Positions 9,692 through 18,326 are shown, counted from the stretch's first letter. The stretch: 41,582 nucleotides of DNA from an uncultured Candidatus Bathyarchaeia archaeon (GCA_964580405.1 CAZOKM010000002.1:1-41582); one strand, 5' to 3'. Numbers and translations: made by a program. The notes: generated from the sequence alone by a model not told the origin.

Positions 9692-11548
9692 GTGATGCAA
9701 AACCTCATATTCCGTATTATTCAAATCGATATTCATAACCAAAATTATGCACTGTTAATTTGGTGTGAAAAAATGGCTCTGAATCACTCAGACGTTGTTC
9801 TAATGAACGACGCAGAACCAGAAGTTTATAACGCTTACGGCGCGACTGTGGTGGCTTGGGGAGGAGGACCCACAGATGACAACCAAGTTGACATGTGGGC
9901 AAAACGAATCCAAAGCGACCGTGAAAAAGGGGTCCGGCATGCTTGCAGCAACGCGTGGATGCTTACGGCTACGGCTGAAACCCTAGCTAAAGACCCAGGC
10001 CTAAGGCAAGCAATATGCTTGGACCCGTTTCTTGATCCCATCGTCCCACCTTGGCTTTGGGACTTCGTTTACAAGGAAGTTCCATCATATTGGGGGTGCA
10101 CAAACAACCCCCGGTTCCGCGAACACCTCCGAAACAGGATAATCTTGGCTGCAATGGCTGGGGCTGACGGCTTGCACTTGGACGACCACGTTGGTGCTGC
10201 TGGTACAGTCCAACATGGAGGATGCTACTGCGACTTTTGCGTAGCAGGTTTCCGCGCATACCTGAAGAATGTGTTTTCACCGATGGAATTAAGAGAAAAG
10301 GGAATAGACGACATCGGTTCATTCAACTATCTCGAGTTTGTACGAAGGTTCACAAGTAGTCGACAGGGATTTGTCGACGCCTTGAAACAGGGAGAGATTC
10401 CCCTCTCCGAGGAATTCCAAACCTTTCAACTTAAAGCAGCTGCTGCCTTGGTCAGGGAACTTGCGTACATATTCAAAAAAATGCGTGGCGATTCCGTGCC
10501 CGTCAGCGCAAACTCGTTTGAGCTTCAGCCATCGCAAATAGTTGATTCTGAGTATTTGGACTACTTTGTTGCAGAGGTTCACCATCACCTGCAACTCATT
10601 CGACATCAAGCTCAATCAACGTCAATTGAAACAATTAGAGAGTGGAAAATCCCCGCTTCATTAATATTCGTTTACAAACTTGCTGACGCCCTAAACAAAC
10701 CCTTGGCTGCAACAGCCTCCGGCTGGGATTGGGCATACGTTAAGGAGAAAAAACTGACTGGTCTAGTCAAACTGTGGATTGCACTTTCCTACGCTTTCGG
10801 GCACCGTTTAATGGTGCCACATCACCAGTGGTGCTACACTCCAGAAAAGGGAACACACTGGTACGATGGTCCCACAGAAGAATATGCGCCGCTTTACCAG
10901 TTTGTCAGGCGTAACAAAGAATTCTTTGATGGATACGAAGCAATAGCACAGGTCGGAGTCGTGTACAGTAACCTCGCCGTCCGTCGAAATTTCCGCACCG
11001 TCCATGATGTTTGTCTTGGTCTGACAAACGCCAACATACCTTTCGGCGTAATTGCTGCAGGAGATGACTGGCTTAACCACACAATAACGAGGAGGGAACT
11101 GTCCAAGTTTGAAATAGTTGCGGTTCCTGAACCTTCAATGCTCGAAGGGAAGCAGAAGCGCCTCATAGAAGCATGGAAAAGGGACAGACGCGCAATATCC
11201 CTGAAAAACGAGAAAGACATGCTTGGTCACATTGAGCCCATAGTGTCTCTACGAAATGCGAGTAAAGTCTGGGCACTTCCCAGAAGGATAAAGCAGCATG
11301 ACGCACCCATCGTCTGCCATCTCGTCAACTGGAGCTACGACATCACAAAAGACAAAATGACGCCACAAAAAAATATTGACTTATGTCTGAGCAGCAAGCT
11401 TTTTGATGGTCAGAAAATACGAAAAATAACGCTTATCGACTTTCATAATGAGTCGACATCTCTACAATACGAAATTATTCCGAATGGTGTTCAGGTCGTC
11501 ATCCCGGAGGTTCACCTCTGGAGCATACTAATATTGTCGCTGACTTGA
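9692..11548 (+). CDS. Hypothetical glycoside-hydrolase-like TIM-barrel protein with a GH42-like overall architecture
   Basis: 618-aa ORF. The first 27 codons do not look protein-like, so the ATG at 9773 (MALNHSDVV...) is the more likely start. The GADGLHLDDHVG strand motif, CYCDFCVAGFRAYL, and a later segment (VGVVYS...IPFGVIAAGDDW...FEIVAVPE) recall the TIM barrel plus amidotransferase-like domain layout of GH42/GHL families. There is no signal peptide. Confidence 0.6.
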   Translation: MMQNLIFRIIQIDIHNQNYALLIWCEKMALNHSDVVLMNDAEPEVYNAYGATVVAWGGGPTDDNQVDMWAKRIQSDREKGVRHACSNAWMLTATAETLAKDPGLRQAICLDPFLDPIVPPWLWDFVYKEVPSYWGCTNNPRFREHLRNRIILAAMAGADGLHLDDHVGAAGTVQHGGCYCDFCVAGFRAYLKNVFSPMELREKGIDDIGSFNYLEFVRRFTSSRQGFVDALKQGEIPLSEEFQTFQLKAAAALVRELAYIFKKMRGDSVPVSANSFELQPSQIVDSEYLDYFVAEVHHHLQLIRHQAQSTSIETIREWKIPASLIFVYKLADALNKPLAATASGWDWAYVKEKKLTGLVKLWIALSYAFGHRLMVPHHQWCYTPEKGTHWYDGPTEEYAPLYQFVRRNKEFFDGYEAIAQVGVVYSNLAVRRNFRTVHDVCLGLTNANIPFGVIAAGDDWLNHTITRRELSKFEIVAVPEPSMLEGKQKRLIEAWKRDRRAISLKNEKDMLGHIEPIVSLRNASKVWALPRRIKQHDAPIVCHLVNWSYDITKDKMTPQKNIDLCLSSKLFDGQKIRKITLIDFHNESTSLQYEIIPNGVQVVIPEVHLWSILILSLT

Positions 11549-11573
11549 ACATGCGCCAATTTAAGGCTAGATT

Positions 11574-12308
11574 CTATATGGACCACCAAGTTCCAGGTTT
11601 GATTTCTTTGATGTTGAAATTCCGTTGGTCAGGCGGTAGCGAATTGAGCAGTTCCTGAGCCTTCTTCCCGATTGCTTTCGCTGCGAGCTCGCAGTTTCGT
11701 TCCCCCACGGCGGGGCTTGCGTACTCCCTAGGGTCGAGTCCCCCTATTCCGTGGGGCGGCTTCATGTCCAAGTTCATGGGTCCGGTGCCCAGCTCGGACA
11801 TATCGACAAGCTCGGGATAGAAGAACATCATGTTCGAGGTTTCCCACTTTGCAGCGTGGTCAGTGCTGGACTCTTCGCCCATGCTCAGGGTCACCTCCCA
11901 CAGGCCTACGCCCCTGACTGTGCCGTCCTTCACCACCGGCTCCAGCGCCTTGTCAATCATCGCAATCTGCTCCTTCATGTTGTGACCCGACACCCCTATG
12001 ATTACCCGAAAACCCGTCTTCTTTAACTTGTCAAAAAGCTCGCTGAGCACGGGGACAAGGTGGTCCTGGTTGAAGAAAGAGTGGAACCATATTGGAGGGT
12101 ACACCACGCCGCCGAACTGTTCAGCGCACTTGACTAGAATGGCGTGAGCCTTCAAAGCGTCGTTTCCAAGCGGGAGGTGCCTGCCATGCCACTCAATCAA
12201 GCCGAAAGGCACGTAAACGACCGGGAATTTCATTCCCCTCGCCTCCAGCTGGCCTGGTCGCATATACTGCATCTGGACATCCATGGGTAGTTTGTTTTTC
12301 ATATTCAA
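11574..12308 (-). CDS. Creatininase-family amidohydrolase (creatinine amidohydrolase/ArfB-like)
   Basis: 244-aa ORF. VPFGLIEWHGRHLPLGNDAL matches the family signature (P.GS.EqHG.HLPL.tD), followed by IIGVSGHN and DHAAKWETS. Confidence 0.7.
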   Translation of the reverse strand: MNMKNKLPMDVQMQYMRPGQLEARGMKFPVVYVPFGLIEWHGRHLPLGNDALKAHAILVKCAEQFGGVVYPPIWFHSFFNQDHLVPVLSELFDKLKKTGFRVIIGVSGHNMKEQIAMIDKALEPVVKDGTVRGVGLWEVTLSMGEESSTDHAAKWETSNMMFFYPELVDMSELGTGPMNLDMKPPHGIGGLDPREYASPAVGERNCELAAKAIGKKAQELLNSLPPDQRNFNIKEIKPGTWWSI

Positions 12309-12471
12309 TACCTCTCTTCGACTCTGATTTTGTCCTCTAGACTATATGGAATTTGCTCTTGCTACCAATTTTGAGGCTTTTTTCATTTTGTATCGAGTGA
12401 GAAGCTTAATTTTGAACCGTAAAACGTCGATGAAACAATGCGCCAGACATAGAACAATGTTTGTTTTTTTC

Positions 12472-13407
12472 TCATCCTACCGTTGTTTTCCAGGAACTGA
12501 ATCCTCTCTTTTCTATGGCGTCGGCAATTTTTTTCTGTGAGCTCTCATCTTTTGCTAAGCATAGTACCAAGCCTCCTCTGCCGGTCCCCGTCAGCTTTGC
12601 GCCGACCGCCCCGTTTTTCAGGGCGATTCCGACCAGTTTGTCGTTGCTTTCTCCCGAGACTTTAATCTGCTGCAATAGTTTATGGTTCTGGTTCATTAAT
12701 TCGCCGACGGTGACAATGTCCCCTTTGAGCAAGGCTTTTTTGGCTTTTTCCGCCAGTTTCTTGTAGTCATCGAATATTTTTTGGGTTTTTTCAGGATTTT
12801 CCTCTTTTAGCCGCTTGACGTCGTTGACGACCTCTGTCGTCGAAGATGTTATCCCCGTGTTCGCTAGGACTATGGGCATCTCTTTTGGAGAATGCAGGAG
12901 CTCCATGATGTTCTTTTCGCCACTCACGCCTTTTACGAACCAAATTAAACCGCCATATGTGGAGGCTGTATTGTCTATGCCGGAGGGGGTCCCATGATAT
13001 GCCTTCTCCCCCTCGTACGCTGCTTCGTTGACCTTTTCGTCGTCCAATCCGAGACTAAAAGTGTCATTAAGAGCTCGAGCCAAGGAAGTACTCTGAGCAG
13101 CAGAAGCTCCGACCCCGCTTGCTGCAGTCAGGTCTCCAGCGAAGGTTATTTCGAGCCTCTGGTTTTTAGTGTCCACCTTCAAATGGTTGATTACGTTAGC
13201 CACTGACTGCATTGCGTCTTTGTATTTCTGTTCCTTGTAGCCGGGGGTGGCGGGTCTTTGGTCGCTGACTGTCCACCCGCTTCCCTTGACCACTTTGACT
13301 TCTGCGGTCGTGTAGGCTCCCAGCGCTGACGCGATAGAGGGCAGCCCGTAGACGACGAAGTGCTCCCCGAACAGGATCGTCTTCCCGTAGCCCTTCCCAG
13401 CGCCCAT
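12472..13407 (-). CDS. mvk: Mevalonate kinase
   Basis: 311-aa ORF carrying all three GHMP-kinase/MVK motifs: GKTILFGEHFVVYG, AASGVGASAAQS and AKLTGTGRGG. Its ATG directly abuts the TAA of the upstream gene. Confidence 0.9.
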   Translation of the reverse strand: MGAGKGYGKTILFGEHFVVYGLPSIASALGAYTTAEVKVVKGSGWTVSDQRPATPGYKEQKYKDAMQSVANVINHLKVDTKNQRLEITFAGDLTAASGVGASAAQSTSLARALNDTFSLGLDDEKVNEAAYEGEKAYHGTPSGIDNTASTYGGLIWFVKGVSGEKNIMELLHSPKEMPIVLANTGITSSTTEVVNDVKRLKEENPEKTQKIFDDYKKLAEKAKKALLKGDIVTVGELMNQNHKLLQQIKVSGESNDKLVGIALKNGAVGAKLTGTGRGGLVLCLAKDESSQKKIADAIEKRGFSSWKTTVG

Positions 13408-13797
13408 TTACTTGACCTCCACGGTGCCCTCTGAGCCGTCGACGACCATTCTCTGCCCAGTCTTGATTTGGCTGACGTCGATCTTGTCCACGCACGGGAT
13501 TTCGCTGATTATGCAGCCCACCGCGATGATCGTGTCGATCTGCTTGTTCACTATCGCCGCCGGGGCATTTCCGTTCTTCTTCATCCTGTACATCGTGTAT
13601 GAACCCACCGTGGAGCCTTTACCAGTTGGGAACACCAGAACCTTTCCAGCTACTGATTGTCCTTCGAGCTCGTGCCCGACCTCGACGACCTTGCCGGTGT
13701 CGGGGTCGACGCCGCCGTAGAACGAGATTCCGTCCTTGGTCACGATTGCCTCTCCTTTGGCAACGCCTTTGTAGATTTTTCGTCCTTTCAGCTTCAT
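13408..13797 (-). CDS. Aconitase X swivel-domain protein (DUF126); putative phosphomevalonate dehydratase small subunit
   Basis: 129-aa ORF. KGVAKGEAIVTKDGISFYGGVDPDTGKV...GQSVAGKVLVFPTGKGSTVGSYTMYRM is the DUF126 pattern. Its start overlaps the stop of the large subunit by 4 nt (ATGA). Confidence 0.85.
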   Translation of the reverse strand: MKLKGRKIYKGVAKGEAIVTKDGISFYGGVDPDTGKVVEVGHELEGQSVAGKVLVFPTGKGSTVGSYTMYRMKKNGNAPAAIVNKQIDTIIAVGCIISEIPCVDKIDVSQIKTGQRMVVDGSEGTVEVK

Positions 13798-14987
13798 TTC
13801 GTCGCCTCCTCAATGCACTCCTCGACCGAACCAATCTTCACCTTGAACTTGTTCGTCGAACGAGCGTAATAGCACGCCTTGCCAGAATCCGTCACCATGC
13901 CCTTAAAGCGTCCCTTAATCGGAGCCACGACGCAGCACGTGTCAGCCGCGAACTTCACCCCGGCGTCCTCGATAATCTTGGAGTAGCCAGCTTCGTCAGC
14001 GATTCTCTTCGTGGGACGAGCTGTCGTAATCCAGAACTCCTTCTTCACCTTCTTCCCCTTCAATAAAGCCGCGATTTTGGTAATCTCGTTAATTGAGGCG
14101 TGTGGGCATCCGACGCTGACGAAGTCTATCTCGATGCCAGCGTCTGCAAGGTTAGAACGGGCTTCCTCTAGCTCTTTTCTGCCGACTTCAAAGGCGTCAC
14201 CATTTGGCTTCGGATACTTGTTGTACTCGGGGGTGATGCCTTCCATGTGGAATAGTGCTACACCACCGTATGTTGCGACGGAGGCGCAGAACGACTTGAG
14301 CTCGTCGACCGTAGCAGCGGGAACTCCCATGATGTAGGGAACCTTTTTTCCCACCTCGATGAGTTTATCACCGACCACTTTTCCTAATACACCGAATTCG
14401 TCGGTGCCTTTGATCTGAGCGTTGACTTTGAAGGAAATTTGTCCGCAACGGTTTTCGTCCAAGTGGTAACCATATTTTGGCGTCTTCCCCGTCAGGGCTG
14501 AAGCCAGCGCGCTTGGTCCTCCCTCGCGGTTGGTTCGGGCTCCCAGAACGGAGTTCGCGTAGCACACGGCGCTGCTTTCGGCCCACGCGATGTGCTGCCC
14601 GTAGTGCGGGACGTTCCCGATGAAGTACGGCGTGCACGAGCACGTTGTGATGATGCCCATTCTAGCGAAGGCGTCAATCACTCGGTTCTGGTTCTTGGCA
14701 AAATCCTCCTTTATTCCCAACGCCTGCCAGTTCTCGCGGTCCATGCCTGCTGGGTTCAGGGTCGTCAGGACTCTGACTTTTCCGTCTTCCGCCATCTCGC
14801 TGAGGAATTCCAGTCCTGCCTCGCCGAGGTTCGCGTAGGAGACCCCTGCGATCTGGACGCCGTGGACGCCAACCATGCATTCGGCGTCGAAGATTTCGCC
14901 CAGCGTGGTCAGTATCTCCATCGACTTCCGGGCTGCCTTTCCGTGCTTGCCGTCTAGCATCTCTTGCTCTTCGGATGCGAGCTTCAT
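13794..14987 (-). CDS. Aconitase X catalytic-domain protein (DUF521); putative phosphomevalonate dehydratase large subunit
   Basis: 397-aa ORF. LASEEQEMLDGKHGKAARKSMEIL, TCSCTPY, AWAESSAVCYANSVLGARTNREGG and VGCPHAS fit the AcnX catalytic domain, including its Fe-S Cys ligands. Confidence 0.85.
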   Translation of the reverse strand: MKLASEEQEMLDGKHGKAARKSMEILTTLGEIFDAECMVGVHGVQIAGVSYANLGEAGLEFLSEMAEDGKVRVLTTLNPAGMDRENWQALGIKEDFAKNQNRVIDAFARMGIITTCSCTPYFIGNVPHYGQHIAWAESSAVCYANSVLGARTNREGGPSALASALTGKTPKYGYHLDENRCGQISFKVNAQIKGTDEFGVLGKVVGDKLIEVGKKVPYIMGVPAATVDELKSFCASVATYGGVALFHMEGITPEYNKYPKPNGDAFEVGRKELEEARSNLADAGIEIDFVSVGCPHASINEITKIAALLKGKKVKKEFWITTARPTKRIADEAGYSKIIEDAGVKFAADTCCVVAPIKGRFKGMVTDSGKACYYARSTNKFKVKIGSVEECIEEATK

Positions 14988-15007
14988 TTTGTTCCAGTCC
15001 TCGTTTT

Positions 15008-16318
15008 TTAGAAGTATTTCTTGATGTCTACTTTAGGGAACTGCGCGACGTTGAAGTCCTTCCCCTTGGCTACGAGCGGCTTGGTCAGGTCGAACCCGAC
15101 CTTCGTGGTCATGTGCGTTTCCGGCTCGGCGCTGGGGTCAAGGCTGCTTCCTCGTTCCTTGGCTTTAACGACCATCCGGGTGTCTCCCTGGAAGCGGGTC
15201 GCCATCGCCCACTCTACCGAAAGCGGATTGTAGATGTCGATGTCCTTGTCCACGACGAAGACGTGCTTGCAGCTCCCGTGCCCGGCGAAGCCTCCCTCAA
15301 TCGCCTTCCTGCCGTCCTCCTCCGACTTCTTGTCAATCTGGATGACCGCGTGCAGCCAAGAGCACCCGCCGGGGCTCACGTTCACGTCTAGGCACTTCAC
15401 GCCTTTTTCGGTCACTTTCTTGAATATCGTGGGCTCGCGGGGCATCCCCATTAGGACCTTGTGCTCGAGCGCGCCTGGTAGTAAGGCCTGCCATATTGCG
15501 TTCTTTCTGTGGGTGATCTTTTTGACCTCGAAAACTGACTCCTCGCGGACCACGTCGTACGTTTCCGTCAAGTCGACGAAGGGGCCCTCGGAGTGCCTTT
15601 CCGCATTATAGACGCGTCCCTCCAAGACAAATTCTGCGTCTGCGGGGACCATGAGGTCGTTCGAGAACGCCTTAACGACATTGAACGGTTCCAGCGCGTT
15701 CGCTATCTGCAGCTCATCGACCCCGATTTCTACGGAGGTCGCCCCGGCAATCAGGACGTTAGGCGCATTCCCGACGCAGAAGGCTACGTCTAGCTCGCCG
15801 TTTTTTTCCAGGAACTGGTGGAAATGGCGGCCCTTGACCACTCTCACCGCGAACTTGTCTTTAGAGAACTGCATCGCGCGGTGGAAATCCAGGTTCTGCC
15901 CGTACTCGGGGTCTCTGGTGACGACGACCGCGGAGCTGACGTAGTTTCCGCCGTCTCTTTCGCAGTGAAACAGAATCGGCAGCTTGTCCAAGTCCACGCT
16001 TGACTCGACGACTTCCTGGCATGGAGCCTTGGTTGTCACTTCGGGTTCCGAGCGTTCAGAAATAGCCTTAGAAAGCATCGGGATGAGGTCCGCCGGGGTC
16101 TTTCCGAAGTATCCTGCTATCACATCCTTGGTGCAGAACAGGTTGCCTGCGACCCGATATTCCGATTCCCTGACGTGGTTGAACAGCACCGGGGTCGGCT
16201 CGATCGCCTTCATGATTCCTGAGATTTCGAGCTTCTTCGAAACGGGCACGTCAACCTCTTTGAGAATGCCATTCTTCTCTATCTTTTCTAAGTATTCTCT
16301 GAATCCCATAATTTTCAT
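15008..16318 (-). CDS. UbiD-family (prFMN-dependent) decarboxylase; putative anhydromevalonate phosphate decarboxylase
   Basis: 436-aa ORF with the UbiD N-terminal pattern (FREYLEKIEKNGILKEVDVPVSKKLEISGIMKA) and family-typical core. It is the first gene of the operon with the AcnX subunits and mvk. Confidence 0.85.
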   Translation of the reverse strand: MKIMGFREYLEKIEKNGILKEVDVPVSKKLEISGIMKAIEPTPVLFNHVRESEYRVAGNLFCTKDVIAGYFGKTPADLIPMLSKAISERSEPEVTTKAPCQEVVESSVDLDKLPILFHCERDGGNYVSSAVVVTRDPEYGQNLDFHRAMQFSKDKFAVRVVKGRHFHQFLEKNGELDVAFCVGNAPNVLIAGATSVEIGVDELQIANALEPFNVVKAFSNDLMVPADAEFVLEGRVYNAERHSEGPFVDLTETYDVVREESVFEVKKITHRKNAIWQALLPGALEHKVLMGMPREPTIFKKVTEKGVKCLDVNVSPGGCSWLHAVIQIDKKSEEDGRKAIEGGFAGHGSCKHVFVVDKDIDIYNPLSVEWAMATRFQGDTRMVVKAKERGSSLDPSAEPETHMTTKVGFDLTKPLVAKGKDFNVAQFPKVDIKKYF

Positions 16319-16362
16319 CCCAGCATCTGCTTTTCTTAATACGCTGGGTGAACATAAAAAAG
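16073..16362 (-). repeat. Copy 1 (functional) of a ~300-bp segmental repeat: UbiD 5' coding region plus promoter
   Basis: It aligns colinearly with 17982-18285 from AAGCATCGGGAT... through ...CATAAAAAAGTATTGCGT. Confidence 0.8.
16353..16362 (-). promoter_or_regulatory. TATA-like box of the mevalonate operon
   Basis: The minus strand reads CTTTTTTATG about 40 nt upstream of the UbiD ATG. The same element is retained in the decayed duplicate at 18266-18275. Confidence 0.35.
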
Positions 16363-16425
16363 TATTGCGTTATTCGAAAAATTCTGTAAATCACCAGTTT
16401 CTACTAGTCAGAAATGAATGTTTCA

Positions 16426-17496
16426 CTAAGTGAGAATAGAGGTGTATTTTCCGTACTTCTTAATCGCCTTAGCAAGTGCCAGAACGTTGGCTACGGGCAC
16501 GTCGGGGGGCACGTTGTGCGTCGGGGACAGTATCAGACCGCCGTTGTGTCCGCACGTTTCGATTCTGGTGATGACCTCTTTTTCGACATCTTCCGGCGAC
16601 CCGAAGGGGAGGGTCCTTTGGATGTCGATCGTGCCGAACAGGCAAAGCTCGTTGCCGTACTTTTCCTTCACCCAGCTCGGATCAATCGCCAAGGGCTGGA
16701 CGGGGTTCAATACCGTTATTCCTATTTCTACCAAGTCGTCAAGAATGCCAGTTGGGTTGCCGTCGCAGTGCAGGAAAACTGGGATGCCCTTTTTCCTCGC
16801 AACATCCGCGATTTCCGCCAGTCTGGGCTTGATGAACTTCCTCCACACGTTCGGCGACATCAGCATACCCCTCTGGTCCGAGTAGTCGTCCCCAATCCAA
16901 TAAATGTCAATGGGCTTCTCGACTATGCGTCTGGCCAGATCAACGTTATACCTAGTTATTTTGTCAAGCAACCTCTCCGCAAAGGAGGGATTAGCGTAGA
17001 AGTCGGTTAGGCTCTGGGTGAACCCCCTGAGCGTCCAGTACCTTTCGAAAAGGGTGTAGTGGAAGCCCGACATAACTGCGTACTCGTCCCCATACTTCCT
17101 GATGGTACTGTCTACCGGGTCAAGCAGCAGGCTGTTCGGGTCTGGAAACTCGTAGTCCTCAAGGTCTTCAGTGTTCGAACGCATTAAAGGATGTTTAATT
17201 GGACGTTCGGAGAAGCCGTGGAATTTCATGAAGGTCACGCCGAAATGGTCCTGGTACGATCCGTCGGGTAGCTGTTTGGGGAATCCTCTTGGAGGGCTCG
17301 GGTCTGAAATTATCAGGTCGAAATCGAGCTTCCTGTAAAGTTCTGGAAAATCTGGATCGACAGGTTCGTGCGGTACACTAAAGTGGTCGCAAAGTTTTTC
17401 GTGCAGGGAAGGGGCGAACCCGAAGTACGCGCACCAGGGAACCCTGTCCGGCTCTTCCATGCTGACTGACGCTATGACCCTTTCCTTGTGGTTCAT
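16426..17496 (-). CDS. Uroporphyrinogen decarboxylase (URO-D) family protein (MtaA/CmuA-like methyltransferase fold)
   Basis: 356-aa ORF. PDRVPW, YWIGDDYSDQRGMLMSPNVWRKFIKPRLAEI, IPVFLHCDGN, GITVLNPVQP and GGLILSPTHNVPPDVP are typical of the URO-D family. Confidence 0.8.
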   Translation of the reverse strand: MNHKERVIASVSMEEPDRVPWCAYFGFAPSLHEKLCDHFSVPHEPVDPDFPELYRKLDFDLIISDPSPPRGFPKQLPDGSYQDHFGVTFMKFHGFSERPIKHPLMRSNTEDLEDYEFPDPNSLLLDPVDSTIRKYGDEYAVMSGFHYTLFERYWTLRGFTQSLTDFYANPSFAERLLDKITRYNVDLARRIVEKPIDIYWIGDDYSDQRGMLMSPNVWRKFIKPRLAEIADVARKKGIPVFLHCDGNPTGILDDLVEIGITVLNPVQPLAIDPSWVKEKYGNELCLFGTIDIQRTLPFGSPEDVEKEVITRIETCGHNGGLILSPTHNVPPDVPVANVLALAKAIKKYGKYTSILT

Positions 17497-17730
17497 CGTT
17501 CATGCCGCCTTCTTCCTGAATAATTCTGCCTGAAAGAGCTTTTATGCATTAAGAAGTCTTCATGCGTCTACGTTTATGTTTGGTGCGAGGGTGGGACTTG
17601 GACTCTATGAATTCTGGTGTTGTCGCCATTTACTTCCGCAAATCCCCTTTTTTGGTTTTCTTCAGTTTCGAAGTTTCTTTGTACTTTTTGGGTGGAGATG
17701 GGTTGATCGACGATTTGGTGAGGGGGGTTT

Positions 17731-18039
17731 TTGGTGACTAAGGTTCGGAAGAGTATCGTATTCCAGAGCTGCGAAACTGTTGTCGGAATCCTCGTTGAGC
17801 AAGGATACTCGTTCGTGCCCATCTTCGACCTTGAGTATCTGCTGAAACGGAATGTCAGTGCCGATCCGAGAACCATTAGGGCGTACAAGAGCCACTTTGT
17901 TGAGTTCAATTTTCTGAAGCCGGCCAAGCAAGGATACGAAATATTGAAGGACTGGGTTCCCGTTCAGAAATGGCCCCAAAAAAGCATCGGGATCAGGTCC
18001 GCTGGCATCTTTCCGAAATACCCAGCAATCACGTCTTAA
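17731..18039 (+). CDS. Hypothetical small protein, possibly winged helix-turn-helix; its 3' end reads into the pseudogene repeat
   Basis: TTG/GTG starts at 17731 and 17734 are preceded by GAGGGGGG. The translation (ILVEQGYSFVPIFDLEYLLKRNVSADPRTIRAYKSHFVEFNFLKPAKQGYEI) has a wHTH-like pattern. The last ~20 codons are antisense to the decayed UbiD copy, so the coding status is uncertain. Confidence 0.3.
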   Translation: MVTKVRKSIVFQSCETVVGILVEQGYSFVPIFDLEYLLKRNVSADPRTIRAYKSHFVEFNFLKPAKQGYEILKDWVPVQKWPQKSIGIRSAGIFPKYPAITS

Positions 18040-18230
18040 ATACAGAATAGGTTTCCCGTAACCCGATATTCGGACTCCTTAACGTGGTTGAACAGCACTG
18101 GGATCGGTTCAATTGCCTTCATGATTCCTGAGATTTCGAGTTTCTTCGAGACTGGAACGTTTACTTTCTTGAGAAGACCTTTTTTTATCGATTTTTTCTA
18201 TATATTCTCTGAATCCCTATAGAATTTCAT
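17982..18230 (-). pseudogene. Decayed duplicate of the first ~80 codons of the UbiD decarboxylase gene
   Basis: It aligns to 16073-16318. The copy has a frame-disrupting indel just after the ATG (ATGAAATTCTATAGGGATTCAGAG versus ATGAAAATTATGGGATTCAGAG) and a TAA where the functional gene has AAG (VTGNLFCI* versus VAGNLFCTK). Confidence 0.75.
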
Positions 18231-18285
18231 CTCTGTTTTTCATATATCATAATAAATTGGGCGTGCATAAAAAATATTGCGTATA
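17982..18285 (-). repeat. Copy 2 (decayed) of the ~300-bp segmental repeat, including the promoter-like region
   Basis: Same alignment as above. It extends past the pseudo-start into GGGCGTGCATAAAAAATATTGCGT, which matches GGGTGAACATAAAAAAGTATTGCGT upstream of the real gene. Confidence 0.75.
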
Positions 18286-18326
18286 ACAGGAAATACGTTT
18301 TCTCACATCAATTTAAATGAAAATGA

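Noticed and set aside
16414-17010. 198-aa and 151-aa plus-strand ORFs opposite the URO-D-family gene
   Set aside because: They are antisense to a gene with a strong family pattern, and they have no start context or motifs.
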